Shown: positions 40,561 through 53,036, counted from the whole stretch's first letter. The stretch is DNA of 63,760 nt, filler included, from Octopus bimaculoides (GCF_001194135.2; 6 parts of 5 records of this genome joined end to end with filler, not necessarily neighbours in it); one strand, 5' to 3'. Numbers and translations: made by a program. The notes: generated by a model not told the origin, from the letters alone.

Positions 40561-41201
40561 GCAAAAANNNNNNNNNNNNNNNNNNNNNNNNNNNNNNNNN
40601 NNNNNNNNNNNNNNNNNNNNNNNNNNNNNNNNNNNNNNNNNNNNNNNNNNNNNNNNNNNNNNNNNNNNNNNNNNNNNNNNNNNNNNNNNNNNNNNNNNNN
40701 NNNNNNNNNNNNNNNNNNNNNNNNNNNNNNNNNNNNNNNNNNNNNNNNNNNNNNNNNNNNNNNNNNNNNNNNNNNNNNNNNNNNNNNNNNNNNNNNNNNN
40801 NNNNNNNNNNNNNNNNNNNNNNNNNNNNNNNNNNNNNNNNNNNNNNNNNNNNNNNNNNNNNNNNNNNNNNNNNNNNNNNNNNNNNNNNNNNNNNNNNNGA
40901 GAGAAATAAGCGACGGCTCGTGTCATAGTAGTTGATGGTTCAGTTTCCAGGCTGTATGGTATTTTTCTCCCGGGTAAGAAAACTGTTGCAGTTGGTTGGA
41001 TTGTTCCATTCCCTCGTCTCTTGTGTTGTGTTGTTTTTTTTTTCGTCGTCTCTTCATTTTTGACGAGTTGTGTGAGAGATTCCGTATTCTGTACTAGGGG
41101 TTACCAGTTATAAGAATTGGATGAGATATAACGGCTTGGCCGTCTCTCCCCAGTTCTTATATTAATCATTAAATCCAAAAATACAACAACATGAGGGATA
41201 A

Positions 41202-41497
41202 TGGTAACAACAGATCAATAATTTATTCTAGGTTGATGTAGAGTCGTTTTGTTCCTGGGTGAACAGGCATGCCGCTAGAATACCAAAGGAAGCTTCGACC
41301 ACATGTCGGGGTTGAGTTGGGACAGCCTGAAAGAACTTCCTGTCGCCACAGCTGCTGGAAGGATAAGAGGTTGGACGCTATTGCTTTCTCTCCATCTGTT
41401 GCATTGCGCATGTGTGCTCGGGTACTTCCGCTGACGGCAAGTCCCTTGCACATGCGCAATGGCACTTCCCAAGATGGCGGCCACACGCGCCACTACA
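41202..41497 (-). mobile_element. Solo-LTR-like segment truncating the Helitron ORF
   Basis: Starts TGTAGTGG exactly where the Helitron reading (KFAYNSV) stops being recognisable, has AATAAA at 41222-41227 and ends TTACCA. No TSD seen. Confidence 0.4.
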
Positions 41498-44496
41498 AAC
41501 GGAATTGTAAGCAAACTTCTGTTCTGGAGGGAGCTTTGACTCATTGTTCGCTATGTACTGGGCAAGTTCCTCAACATTATAACATGTCCCACGCAGCAAA
41601 TCAGAAGACAGTGTGTTTGCACCTTCCCGGTTTGTTGGAGGTAGGCCATACACCGCCAATGCACTACCTCACATATTGAGAACAGTATCTTCGATTTCAA
41701 GTAGCGCCCTGTACTCGACTTCCATTGATGGATTTAGCAACTGAGCCTGACGCAGGAAATCTTCAGATATGTAATCTTTGTAGGTAAGCCATAAAAAGGC
41801 GGGATCACTCAAGTTNNNNNNNNNNNNNNNNNNNNNNNNNNNNNNNNNNNNNNNNNNNNNNNNNNNNNNNNNNNNNNNNNNNNNNNNNNNNNNNNNNNNN
41901 NNNNNNNNNNNNNNNNNNNNNNNNNNNNNNNNNNNNNNNNNNNNNNNNNNNNNNNNNNNNNNNNNNNNNNNNNNNNNNNNNNNNNNNNNNNNNNNNNNNN
42001 NNNNNNNNNNNNNNNNNNNNNNNNNNNNNNNNNNNNNNNNNNNNNNNNNNNNNNNNNNNNNNNNNNNNNNNNNNNNNNNNNNNNNNNNNNNNNNNNNNNN
42101 NNNNNNNNNNNNNNNNNNNNNNNNNNNNNNNNNNNNNNNNNNNNNNNNNNNNNNNNNNNNNNNNNNNNNNNNNNNNNNNNNNNNNNNNNNNNNNNNNNNN
42201 NNNNNNNNNNNNNNNNNNNNNNNNNNNNNNNNNNNNNNNNNNNNNNNNNNNNNNNNNNNNNNNNNNNNNNNNNNNNNNNNNNNNNNNNNNNNNNNNNNNN
42301 NNNNNNNNNNNNNNNNNNNNNNNNNNNNNNNNNNNNNNNNNNNNNNNNNNNNNNNNNNNNNNNNNNNNNNNNNNNNNNNNNNNNNNNNNNNNNNNNNNNN
42401 NNNNNNNNNNNNNNNNNNNNNNNNNNNNNNNNNNNNNNNNNNNNNNNNNNNNNNNNNNNNNNNNNNNNNNNNNNNNNNGCTAATTGTATCATGGTGGGGT
42501 TCCCTTTGGTGAAGCGGAAACCCGAATATCTGCCAAAAAGCTTCACCACTGCTGATATGTTGACCTGCCAAGTACTGCGACACCTCGTCCATGCTATTGT
42601 CCTTTTGAAGGCCGAACATGGCAGCGTCCGAACCCTTGTTAACATATTTACATATGTACTTTATTGAATGACAGAACTCCACATTTATATGAGCGTTGAA
42701 AATTTTCATCAGTAATGGACAGTATGGGACCACCCATCTATTATCAACTTGATGATCCCGTAACGTCATAGTGAATCCCCCCCATTCTCAGGTCGCCTTC
42801 GTCTGTACAGTGGATATCTGTCGCTGCTGGTCTAGGTCTCCTCCACAAACCTCTTTGAGTATCGTTTAGTGCACACATGGTCTTTGTGGCATGAGGAGAA
42901 CTGTTGAAAACCGGGACTGCACGGACCATGCACCATGTGTGCCTTCACAATGTTGTACAGCTGCCGGTCAGCAGTGGGGTCCATGATTTCTGCTGTGATG
43001 ATGTCATCTAGAACTGTAGGGTCTATTTTGGTGACCAACCAAACCAAAATGTGCACGTGTGGTAATCCTCTATTCTGTCACTCAACAGTATACACGTGAC
43101 ACTTAACAGGGCCAAAAACCTGCCTTTTTTTGATTAAATCAATTAGCTTAGCCAGCTTCTGCCTGAAAACCCTGGCAATAATATCATGCCGATGGCAGTG
43201 CTGCTGCTGTGGGAGAAGTTCCCGCGTTGCCTCAACCCACTTGGGGTTACACGTAAACGTGATGAATAAATCTGGGTGCCCATAGTGCCGAACGAAAGTC
43301 AGTGTCTTGTGTTCGCTCGTGCATGTACCGTGGTCCCCCTGTATAGGTTGAAGGGAAAATGCACATTTTGCAATGTGATTCCTGATGCCGTCACGCAAAT
43401 GGATGTAGGAGTCTGAGTGCAGCTGCTTCTGATTCAATTTTATGAAGCACAGTCTCTTCGACTCTATCTTTGCAGCCATGTCAACTGCAAACTGGTGAAA
43501 CAGTTCCTGTGATCTGTGCAGGGTGCTAAAATCATTAGGCCTCGTCATGAAGCGGTACGCGTAGAAATCCATACATGAAACAGTTTTGGATGTTGCAGCA
43601 GTGGGCTCGTTTAGTTTGCGCTGAGGAATGCCGAAATTGTACCCGTCTTCTCTGTATGGAAAAAGAATGGGATACTGCAGGGAGAACGATGTTGTCTCAG
43701 TAATATATTGAAGACCACTGTCACGGCTTTGAATAACCATGTCTCGCTTATTGTGCTGTTCACCATGGAGAAGTGCAGCCACTTCATTGCACGAAGGAGT
43801 GTTATAATGGCGTGCATGCTCCCCAGAAGGCCTTTTGTCAGCATCAGCGACAATGGTGAAGTTTGGGGAAGGGGCTGTTTCCAAGGCATATTTGAAACTG
43901 CGAATATAGCTGTTGTGCTCATGAAGCATGTTTTGCAGGCTGAGCAGCACGTCCCTGTCAAAAGTGTCAGCGTCAGTGTTTGCAGGTGGTGGAATAATGC
44001 CGAACTGCATATCAAGTTGCCTACTGTAGTTCGAAATAAAGTAAATTTGGAGGAACGAAGGNNNNNNNNNNNNNNNNNNNNNNNNCCCAATAAGATGGTA
44101 CACCTGTCCCTGGACCTTGAAAGTAGGCATCCAACCACTGTCTGTGACAACGTTAGCCCCGAAAGAAGTCATCTGAAATGCACAATTGTAATTTCTGATG
44201 ATTTGAAGGAATTTGGATGACCTTGAAGTGGAACCAGTAAGTAGTTCCTTCAAAGGCTGTGGTGGTTCCGGAAGAGGGGGCAAGCTGACCTTAACGTTTA
44301 AGCAGCACATTCCAGGTGGGTCCCCAGCCCACTTTTTAGCATTGCAGAATTAGCAATTGGAGCGCATTTCCCCTATATTTATGTCAGCGCGGATGGAGTA
44401 ATTAAAGTTGGGCTCATACTTGAAAGCCCATTGGTGCTAGTAAGGGCTGTTGGGACTTGTCACACCGCGGGCAGCTTCTCGCCATCGACTGTTCTG
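41498..44496 (-). mobile_element. Helitron Rep (HUH) region, decayed
   Basis: CCLNVKVSLPPL, YNCAFQMTS, GHPDLFITFTCNPKW, VE*QNRGLPHVHILVW (HUH), HGPC, WVVPYCP, SIKYICKYVNKG (catalytic Tyr motif). Confidence 0.93.
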
Positions 44497-45079
44497 CTGC
44501 AAAAAACTCACAGTTTGTAGGGAATAAATGTTTGTTGATTATATTTGAAAAAGATGTCGCTATTTTTAACTGCACTATATTGAAAGTGAAAGCCAAAGCG
44601 AAGCACTGTTACCCTGCCGAATTTAATGCGGACTGGTTAGTCAATTGTCTGAGTTTATACCCTCTCTGAACACCATTTCAGCTGCTCTAAAGAAGATATT
44701 GTGATAGATGGCTGTATTATGTGTGGTCACCTTTCAGCCAAACTGAAGCATACTTACCCTGCCCAATTCGATCCTGCTTGACAAATCAATCACCATGAAG
44801 TCGCCCTTTTGAATCCTACATCCATCTGCCCTGCAGTAATAATGAGACTATGAAATTCAGTTGTTCTGCATAATAGTTAGACACAAAAAATTATAAATCT
44901 TTACCTAATCTCTTGTACTTATCCTGTAAAACATCTGTACGAATGTGGTTTGAGAACTGTCATTTCAGAGACCAACCTAATGTAAAGACGGGTTAAACAT
45001 TTATGAATTAATTTGAAATAAGCTAATCAAAGATATGCAGAAACTTACATTGATAAAGTCAACAGCAGTTGGTAATACT

Positions 45080-45178
45080 CACTGGCGCAATACCTCATTG
45101 TAGACAATGTTTTTGGTTTTTCCATTTGGAGTGTACGCAAAGAGACTGTCCTTGCTCCCCACTCTTGACCATCCCACG
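45080..45178 (-). mobile_element. C-terminus of an upstream Helitron helicase
   Basis: SRVGSKDSLFAYTPNGKTKNIVYNEVLRQ*, the typical end of Helitron RepHel proteins. Cut off by the linker. Confidence 0.8.
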
Positions 45179-45278
45179 NNNNNNNNNNNNNNNNNNNNNN
45201 NNNNNNNNNNNNNNNNNNNNNNTTAATTAATTAANNNNNNNNNNNNNNNNNNNNNNNNNNNNNNNNNNNNNNNNNNNN
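45179..45278. other. Artificial scaffold linker
   Basis: 44 N + TTAATTAATTAA + 44 N. Confidence 0.95.
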
Positions 45279-45330
<52 letters not shown>

Positions 45331-45449
45331 ATTCTCTTATTTTTATTTCTATTCTCTTAATTCCTTTTATACTTCCTATATCCACCCTTTTCCAAAATAA
45401 CTACTTGTATTAAACTCTACTATTTCCCTCTAGTTAACTCTCTCATATT

Positions 45450-45497
45450 GTCTCTGATAAAGGGATATGCCTAATATCCCAGAAACAGCTGTAAGAC
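45450..45497 (+). ncRNA. Degenerate minimal type I hammerhead-like motif in a PLE-like 3' UTR relic
   Basis: GTCT-CTGATAA-A-GGGATAT/gccta/ATATCCC-A-GAAAC-AGCT-GTA-AGAC. G8 is replaced by A. Confidence 0.55.
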
Positions 45498-45600
45498 TAC
45501 CTTACTCTTTATAAATGACCTATAAATTCTACACACCCTTGGTTTGTTGTCCCATTTTATTTAACACACACTCACACACACACACATACATATATGTATG

Positions 45601-45656
<56 letters not shown>

Positions 45657-45664
45657 TGTCTACG

Positions 45665-45850
45665 TGTGCGAGTCTTTTTGTCGGTTGTTTGACACTCCAC
45701 TGCCGCTTGACCACCGATGTTGGTTTGTTTATGTCCCTATAGCTTTGCGGTTCGGCAAAAAGAATGATAGAATAAGTACCATACTTACAAAACATAGGTG
45801 CTGGACTCGATTTGTTCGACTAACCCTTCAAGACACTGCCCCACCAAAAT
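45665..45850 (+). mobile_element. SINE family 1, 3' half
   Basis: CGCTTGACCACCGATGTTGG...GCGGTTCGGCAAAAAG...GATAGAATAAGTAC. Confidence 0.8.
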
Positions 45851-46019
45851 CGCAGTTGTGTAGCGGTACAACTATTAGTACTGATGTATTTGTAGAGAGA
45901 GCTTCGTATGCTGCGAGTTGTGACGAAACAATTAACCATCGAAATCATTTTTGACATAAATTGTATTCAGTGGAATTCAATTTCTGTATTTAGTAAATTT
46001 TGGAAACTTCAACTAAAAA

Positions 46020-46052
<33 letters not shown>

Positions 46053-46294
46053 NNNNNNNNNNNNNNNNNNNNNNNNNNNNNNNNNNNNNNNNNNNNNNNN
46101 NNNNNNNNNNNNNNNNNNNNNNNNNNNNNNNNNNNNNNNNNNNNNNNNNNNNNNNNNNNNNNNNNNNNNNNNNNNNNNNNNNNNNNNNNNNNNNNNNNNN
46201 NNNNNNNNNNNNNNNNNNNNNNNNNNNNNNNNNNNNNNNNNNNNNNNNNNNNNNNNNNNNNNNNNNNNNNNNNNNNNNGTTAAGGGTACACATA

Positions 46295-46510
46295 CTCTTT
46301 TATTCTTTTACTTTTTTCAGTCGTTTGACTGCGGCCATGCTGGAGCACCGACTTTTAGTCGAGCAAATCGACCCCAGGACTCACTCTTTGTAAGCCTAGT
46401 ACTTATTCAATCGCTCTCTTTTGCCGAACCGCTACGTTACGGGGACGTAAACACACCAGCATCGGTTGTCAAGCAAAGTTGGGAGGACAAACACAGACAC
46501 ACAAACATAT

Positions 46511-46541
<31 letters not shown>

Positions 46542-46705
46542 CATATATACGATGGGCTTCTTTCAGTTTCCGTCTACCAAATCCACTCACAAGGCTTTGG
46601 TCGGCTCGAGGCTATAGTAGAAGACACTTGCCCAAGGTGCCACGCAGTGGGACTGAACCCAGAACCATGTGGTTGGTAAGCAAGCTACTTACCACACAGC
46701 CCAGC
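46295..46705 (-). mobile_element. SINE family 1, near full length
   Basis: Close match to the reverse complement of 62241-62443 plus the 3' tail. Confidence 0.92.
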
Positions 46706-46729
46706 TTTACAGTTATATGCTTATCAGTT

Positions 46730-46945
46730 GGCGAGATAGCAGAATCATTAGCGCACCGGGAAAAATGTTTAGCTACATTTCTTCCGATTTTACGTTCTGA
46801 GTTCAAATGTCGCCGTCATATTCATTGTCTTTCATACTTTGAGGGTCGCTAAAATAAGTATCAGTTGAGCACTGAGATCGAAGTAATTGACTTACCCCAT
46901 TCCCTGAAATTGCTGGCCTAGTGCCAAAATTTGATATCAATACTA
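46730..46945 (+). mobile_element. SINE family 2
   Basis: GGCGAGATAGCAGAATCATTAGC head and CTGAGTTCAAATG B box. Confidence 0.8.
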
Positions 46946-47029
46946 TGAGCTGGTGATTAAGTTGATCAAGCAAGTGAAATTCTTATCGTCGAAACTGACG
47001 GATGATATTTTCTGTCTTTTTAATATAGA

Positions 47030-47255
47030 TGTTGTTGTTGGCACTCCGTCGCTTACGACGTCGAGGGTTCCAGTAGATCCGATCAACGGAACAGCCTGCT
47101 CGTGAAATTAACGTGTGACTGGTTGAGCACTCCGCAGACACGTGTACGCTTAACGTAGTTCTCGGGGATATTCAGCGTGAGACAGTGTGACAAGGCTGAC
47201 CCTTTGAATTACAGGCACAACAGAAACAAGAAGTAAGAGTGAGAGAAAGTTGAGG
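47030..47255 (+). mobile_element. Interspersed repeat, family 4 (SINE-like)
   Basis: The GGTTGAGCACTCCGCAGACACGTG...CAGCGTGAGACAGTGTGACAAGGCTGACCCTTTGAATTACAGG block recurs, degenerate, at 59700-59800. Confidence 0.6.
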
Positions 47256-48870
47256 NNNNNNNNNNNNNNNNNNNNNNNNNNNNNNNNNNNNNNNNNNNNN
47301 NNNNNNNNNNNNNNNNNNNNNNNNNNNNNNNNNNNNNNNNNNNNNNNNNNNNNNNNNNNNNNNNNNNNNNNNNNNNNNNNNNNNNNNNNNNNNNNNNNNN
47401 NNNNNNNNNNNNNNNNNNNNNNNNNNNNNNNNNNNNNNNNNNNNNNNNNNNNNNNNNNNNNNNNNNNNNNNNNNNNNNNNNNNNNNNNNNNNNNNNNNNN
47501 NNNNNNNNNNNNNNNNNNNNNNNNNNNNNNNNNNNNNNNNNNNNNNNNNNNNNNNNNNNNNNNNNNNNNNNNNNNNNNNNNNNNNNNNNNNNNNNNNNNN
47601 NNNNNNNNNNNNGCTTTGAAAAAGAATCAATGACTTCCGGATTCAAAGTATACGAAGATCCATCTGGCCTCTCTAACAATGAATACAAACAGGCGAAGTT
47701 TTGGACTTTGGACACACCTTATCTCAGTTCTCTCCCTACTGTATACGGTTAAAAAAAAAAAAAACGTGTGACGATTAAAAACTTTTCTCTCAGGTAATTC
47801 AATCCTGGTTTATTTAACACTATTGTTACTATCTTTGCTTTAACACCTGTTGAATATGCTTGATATCTGACGATCCGCCTAACTGAAAAAAAAAAAAAAA
47901 ATAGAAAATAAAAATAACCATCAGGTGAGATCGCTTGATTTCTTACTCGCAATGATATCGACACCAGACTAGTATTGATTACAAGATCTGTCGGAATTTT
48001 CCCCTTTGAAATATTTTTACAGCATTGATTTCTCGTCTTTGAAAACATCTGAATTTGATCCCCATTTTTATAGTTCCACTTATTTATCTGTCTTGTGTAT
48101 TCACTTGATGTTGGATGAAAACGAAGAAAAATCAACGAAAACAAAGTAAAAACAACAACAACAAAAACATTGTTTCTTAGAGTAAAAAAGCGGAAATCAG
48201 TTTGATAGTTATATATCTATGTATCTAAGTTTTATTATCTTCTGTGGGTCACTAAACATATGCTCTTCATTGTAGTTATTTTGGTAGACATACAAAAATG
48301 CATAAACGAACATACACACAGAAATACACGCATGAACACACGCATATACATAGTCGGTAGCTTTGTACTTCCACGTGATTCATTGTTTTTTTTTTTTATA
48401 TCGTCTAAAAGAAAAAATAAAGAAGTGAATATATGTGTAGGTGTGTATTTATATATTAAGTGCTAATAAGGACACGGTATTTCGTTTTGCAACCATAATA
48501 TACTTCCAAGTATATTAAAGGTTTATAAGTCAGTATTGTGTCCTACGTTTGTGTTAGCAATGAGTTGTTTTCATTTTTAAATTTATCTCTACAGATTTTC
48601 TATAGAATTTAGAACCAACACGGAAAATTACGACGTTTCGTATATAAATACGTCTATGTAAACAATGCGATCGAAGATAGAAGATTAGATATTGGTTGAA
48701 TATACCAGCAATTAGTATATACGTACCAGTTACTAGGAATATTTATGTTTAACATGGAAATTGGTCTATCCAGTTAAACATAGTTGCTATTTTAGCAATG
48801 CATTTGTGGATAGTTGATGGGTTGTATGCAGTGTTGCAGAAGGGGCAATAATTCCTGAAATATGCGTATA

Positions 48871-48950
48871 CAGTAATCCCTCGACTATCGCGGGTGTTAC
48901 GTTCCAAAAACCCCCCGCAATAGGTGAAAATCCGCGAAGTAGAAACAGTA
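48871..48950 (+). mobile_element. Tigger/pogo-like left terminus
   Basis: TA followed by CAGTAATCCCTCGACTATCGCGGG...GGTGAAAATCCGCGAAG, a Tigger-type TIR. No right end found. Confidence 0.6.
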
Positions 48951-49639
48951 CTGTACTGTATATATATATATTTTTTATTTTTGTAATTTGTATATATTTA
49001 TTTTATTATAAATGCAAGACAACGCCACATAGTCACCTCCAGAGTTTCGTTTTTCATACAATATGTACGATTCTTTGTTTACTCATCTACGGTGTGTGCG
49101 TGTGCGTGTATATAGAGAGAACAGTGTGAGTGTTAGACATCACCCATGTTAGAGAAGCTCCTGTTAAGGAATTACGGACTTACGAAAAGTGTGATGCATG
49201 ACACTAACTTTAGGACACGGCTTGTAATCCTCCCCTTACGAATTTTAGCATCCAGCTTACCAAACAGATTCTTTGAATTACAATTTAAAAAAAAATTTCA
49301 ACTGTTCTCAATATACTTGCCCACGTCCTCTTCAACACCTTATTTGTACGTGCACCAGACAAATTATTTTGTTTTAGTATTGTTGCCAACATTTATTCGT
49401 ACCCTCCTCCTTCCTTTGTCTGTTCACCAATTCAACTGACCTCGGTCTTTCTATTAACTTTTTATCTATAACATTTACTCCTTCGTTGTATAGTTTTCTC
49501 CCTTTGAAATCACATTTAATTTGGTAAAACTCTTGTTATATTCAATAAATGTCACGTGTGTGAGAGAGTGTGATATGTGAAGAGTATACGTTTGGCTAGA
49601 AATGAAAGGTCTTTGGAAATATAATGTATGATCCCAAGC

Positions 49640-50062
49640 GTAGTATATGGTTAAGAAGCTTTCTTTCAACTATGTGGTTTAGGGTTCAGTTCCACTGCGC
49701 GGCACCCTAGACAAGTGTTCTTTACTATACATCCGCGCCAACTAAATCCTTGAAAGTGGATTCGATTGACGGAAACTGAAAGAGTCCCATTTTATATGTG
49801 TCTGAGAAATAGAAAGAGAGAGTGGTGGGGACAGAATGTTTGTCTTTCCGTTTGGTTTTGTTCCCCGTCGCAGCTTTGCAACCGGCGTTGGTGTGTTTAC
49901 ATCTCGGTAATCTAGCGGCTCAACAAAAGATGCCAAGGAATAAGTACCAGGCTTTAAAAAATAAGTACTGGTGTAGATGTGTTCGATAAAACCTTCCAAG
50001 ACAGTACCTCCAGCACGGCCGCAATCCAATTACTGAAACAAGTAAAAACTAAAAGAGAAAAG
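49640..50062 (+). mobile_element. SINE family 1, degenerate full length
   Basis: GGGTTCAGTTCCACTGCGCGGCACC B box/core and a tail ending CTGAAACAAGTAAAA. Confidence 0.82.
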
Positions 50063-50509
50063 ACAGTATTGATTTTATATGAAACATTAAAAAACATCTA
50101 TTTAAGGTTGTAAAAATCTTTGAATGATGAGGGGACTTTTAAAGCTTTTGCTTTGATATAAAGTATTATACAGTATTACTAATCGAATAACTTCAAATAA
50201 GTGGGTTAATGACCGCATGTTAACTGATTTATTATCTATTCTCAATATTATTTTTGTTAATATTAGTTATTATCGGTAATATTTCTTTCTCTCAAGGACT
50301 AACGAGTGGAAACGTTTTTCGCTATGTATTTTTTAATAATCTCAAAATCTGTTTATTATAGTTGCCTTAGGCAGATCTAAGACAAATATCGCAGATGAAA
50401 TTTAAGACAATTTACAATTACATAGCGCACGGTATCTTCAAACTATCGTCCGCCTTTCATGAGAGACAAAATATTTATGATACCTATTATATCATAATCA
50501 TAATAATCC

Positions 50510-51176
50510 TTTGTACTGGAAACACAAGGCCTCAAATTTTGATGGAAGAGAGTAAATCGATTACATCGACCCCAGTAAGTAACTGGTACTACTTTTATCG
50601 ACCCCGAAGGATGAAAGGCGAAGTCGACCTCGGTGGAATTCAAACTCAAAACCTAAGGGCGGAAGAAATACCTCTAAGCATTTCGCCCAGCGTACAAAGG
50701 ATTCTGTCAGCTCGCTGCCTTAATCATAATAACAACGGTTTCAAATTTTGCCACAAGTGCAGCAAGTTTGAGAGAGGGGAGAGTGGATTACATCGACCCC
50801 AGTACTCTACTGGTACTTATTCTATCAACCCCGAAAGGATGGCGGCAAAGTCAACCTCGGCGGAATTTGAATTCAGAACGTGACGACAGACGAAATACCG
50901 CTAAGCATTTCGCCCGGTGTACTAACGAGTCTGGCTGCTCGGTGCCTTTGCCAGCTCGCTGCCTTATTCATGATAATAATAATAATAGTTTCCAACTTTG
51001 CCACAAGGGCAACAATTTTGGGGGAAGGGGCTAGTCGATTACATCGGCCCCAGTGTTCAACTGGTACTTATTGTATCGACCCCGAATGGCGAAATTTGAA
51101 CTCAGAACGGAGCGAAAGGTCAAATACCGCTCAGCATTTCGTCCGGTCCGCTAACGATTCTGCCATTTCGCTGCCT

Positions 51177-51178
<2 letters not shown>
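50510..51178 (-). mobile_element. Three head-to-tail SINE family 2 copies
   Basis: Units at about 50510-50722, 50738-50965 and 50988-51178, separated by short (AAT)n spacers. Confidence 0.88.
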
Positions 51179-51217
<39 letters not shown>

Positions 51218-51271
51218 TATTATTATTATTATTATTATAATAATAATAATTATTATTATTATTATTATTAT

Positions 51272-51324
<53 letters not shown>

Positions 51325-51868
51325 NNNNNNNNNNNNNNNNNNNNNNNNNNNNNNNNNNNNNNNNNNNNNNNNNNNNNNNNNNNNNNNNNNNNNNNNNNNN
51401 NNNNNNNNNNNNNNNNNNNNNNNNNNNNNNNNNNNNNNNNNNNNNNNNNNNNNNNNNNNNNNNNNNNNNNNNNNNNNNNNNNNNNNNNNNNNNNNNNNNN
51501 NNNNNNNNNNNNNNNNNNNNNNNNNNNNNNNNNNNNNNNNNNNNNNNNNNNNNNNNNNNNNNNNNNNNNNNNNNNNNNNNNNNNNNNNNNNNNNNNNNNN
51601 NNNNNNNNNNNNNNNNNNNNNNNNNNNNNNNNNNNNNNNNNNNNNNNNNNNNNNNNNNNNNNNNNNNNNNNNNNNNNNNNNNNNNNNNNNNNNNNNNNNN
51701 NNNNNNNNNNNNNNNNNNNNNNNNNNNNNNNNNNNNNNNNNNNNNNNNNNNNNNNNNNNNNNNNNNNNNNNNNNNNNNNNNNNNNNNNNNNNNNNNNNNN
51801 NNNNNNNNNNNNNNNNNNNNNNNNNNNNNNNNNNNNNNNNNNNNNNNNNAAACAAAAGTCAAACATAA

Positions 51869-51955
<87 letters not shown>

Positions 51956-51969
51956 AAGAAGAAGAAGAA

Positions 51970-52001
<32 letters not shown>

Positions 52002-52033
52002 AGAACAGCAACAACAACAACAACAACAACAAT
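51179..52033. repeat. Triplet microsatellite complex: alternating (TAA)n/(TTA)n, gap, then (AAT)n(AAG)n(AAC)n
   Basis: Direct reading. Confidence 0.95.
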
Positions 52034-52417
52034 AAAAAGGAGAAAAGCAAAAAAACAACAACAATAGAGATATGAAAATTATTAAACTTTTTTCTTGGGT
52101 TTACATTGAAAATGTGGAATTTGGAAAGGCAAATTTACAAAGACATAAAAAATGTGAGAGAAGTTATACAATATGCGATTGGACGTATAAAAGTTTTAGA
52201 TGTACATATATTTGACAATTTCAGCTTGTGTTTTGGTTCACGCTTTAGTTATGAAAGTATAACATAGACCCCCCCATAACGTGACAGTGGCTTTCTTTCA
52301 CCAACCCCGAAAGAACGAGAAGCAAATGTGATATTGGCAGGATTACGCATATACATATGCGCAAAGGTAAACATATACACACAGACACACACATACACAC
52401 ACACATAAGCACACACA

Positions 52418-52450
<33 letters not shown>

Positions 52451-52546
52451 GGTACACACGCATATACTGAACGTGCTAGGTTTCTGTAAGGAGCCTGCGA
52501 AAATTTAAGACGAAAGGAGCCGAATCAGACGGTTTTCAACAATAGC

Positions 52547-52588
<42 letters not shown>

Positions 52589-52686
52589 AATAATAATAAT
52601 AATGATAATAATAATTACATACATATATATACATCCATACAAAGACACATCTATATACACAGACATTTATATTCGTATTTATAAGA

Positions 52687-52718
<32 letters not shown>

Positions 52719-52781
52719 CTATCTCTCTCTCTCTCTNNNNNNNNNNNNNNNNNNNNNNNNNNNNNNNNNNNNNNNNNNNNN

Positions 52782-52818
<37 letters not shown>

Positions 52819-53036
52819 TTTTAGGGGAGAAAGTTAAAACAAGACTTTTCTCCTCCATATTGAATTAATGTCCAAGCGTTACGAAGCTACCGAAAAGACC
52901 TCAGTAAATACATGCGATTGAAAGCGGGCTAGTAAGAGGTGTATGTATGTTTGTATGTATATATAAACACATCCATCCATCCATCCATCCATCCATCCAT
53001 CCATCCATCCACACACACACATACACACACACACCT

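Noticed and set aside
47749-48144. 131-aa minus-strand ORF with possible micro-exons
   Set aside because: It includes poly-T runs, has no recognisable motif, and its splice signals are weak.
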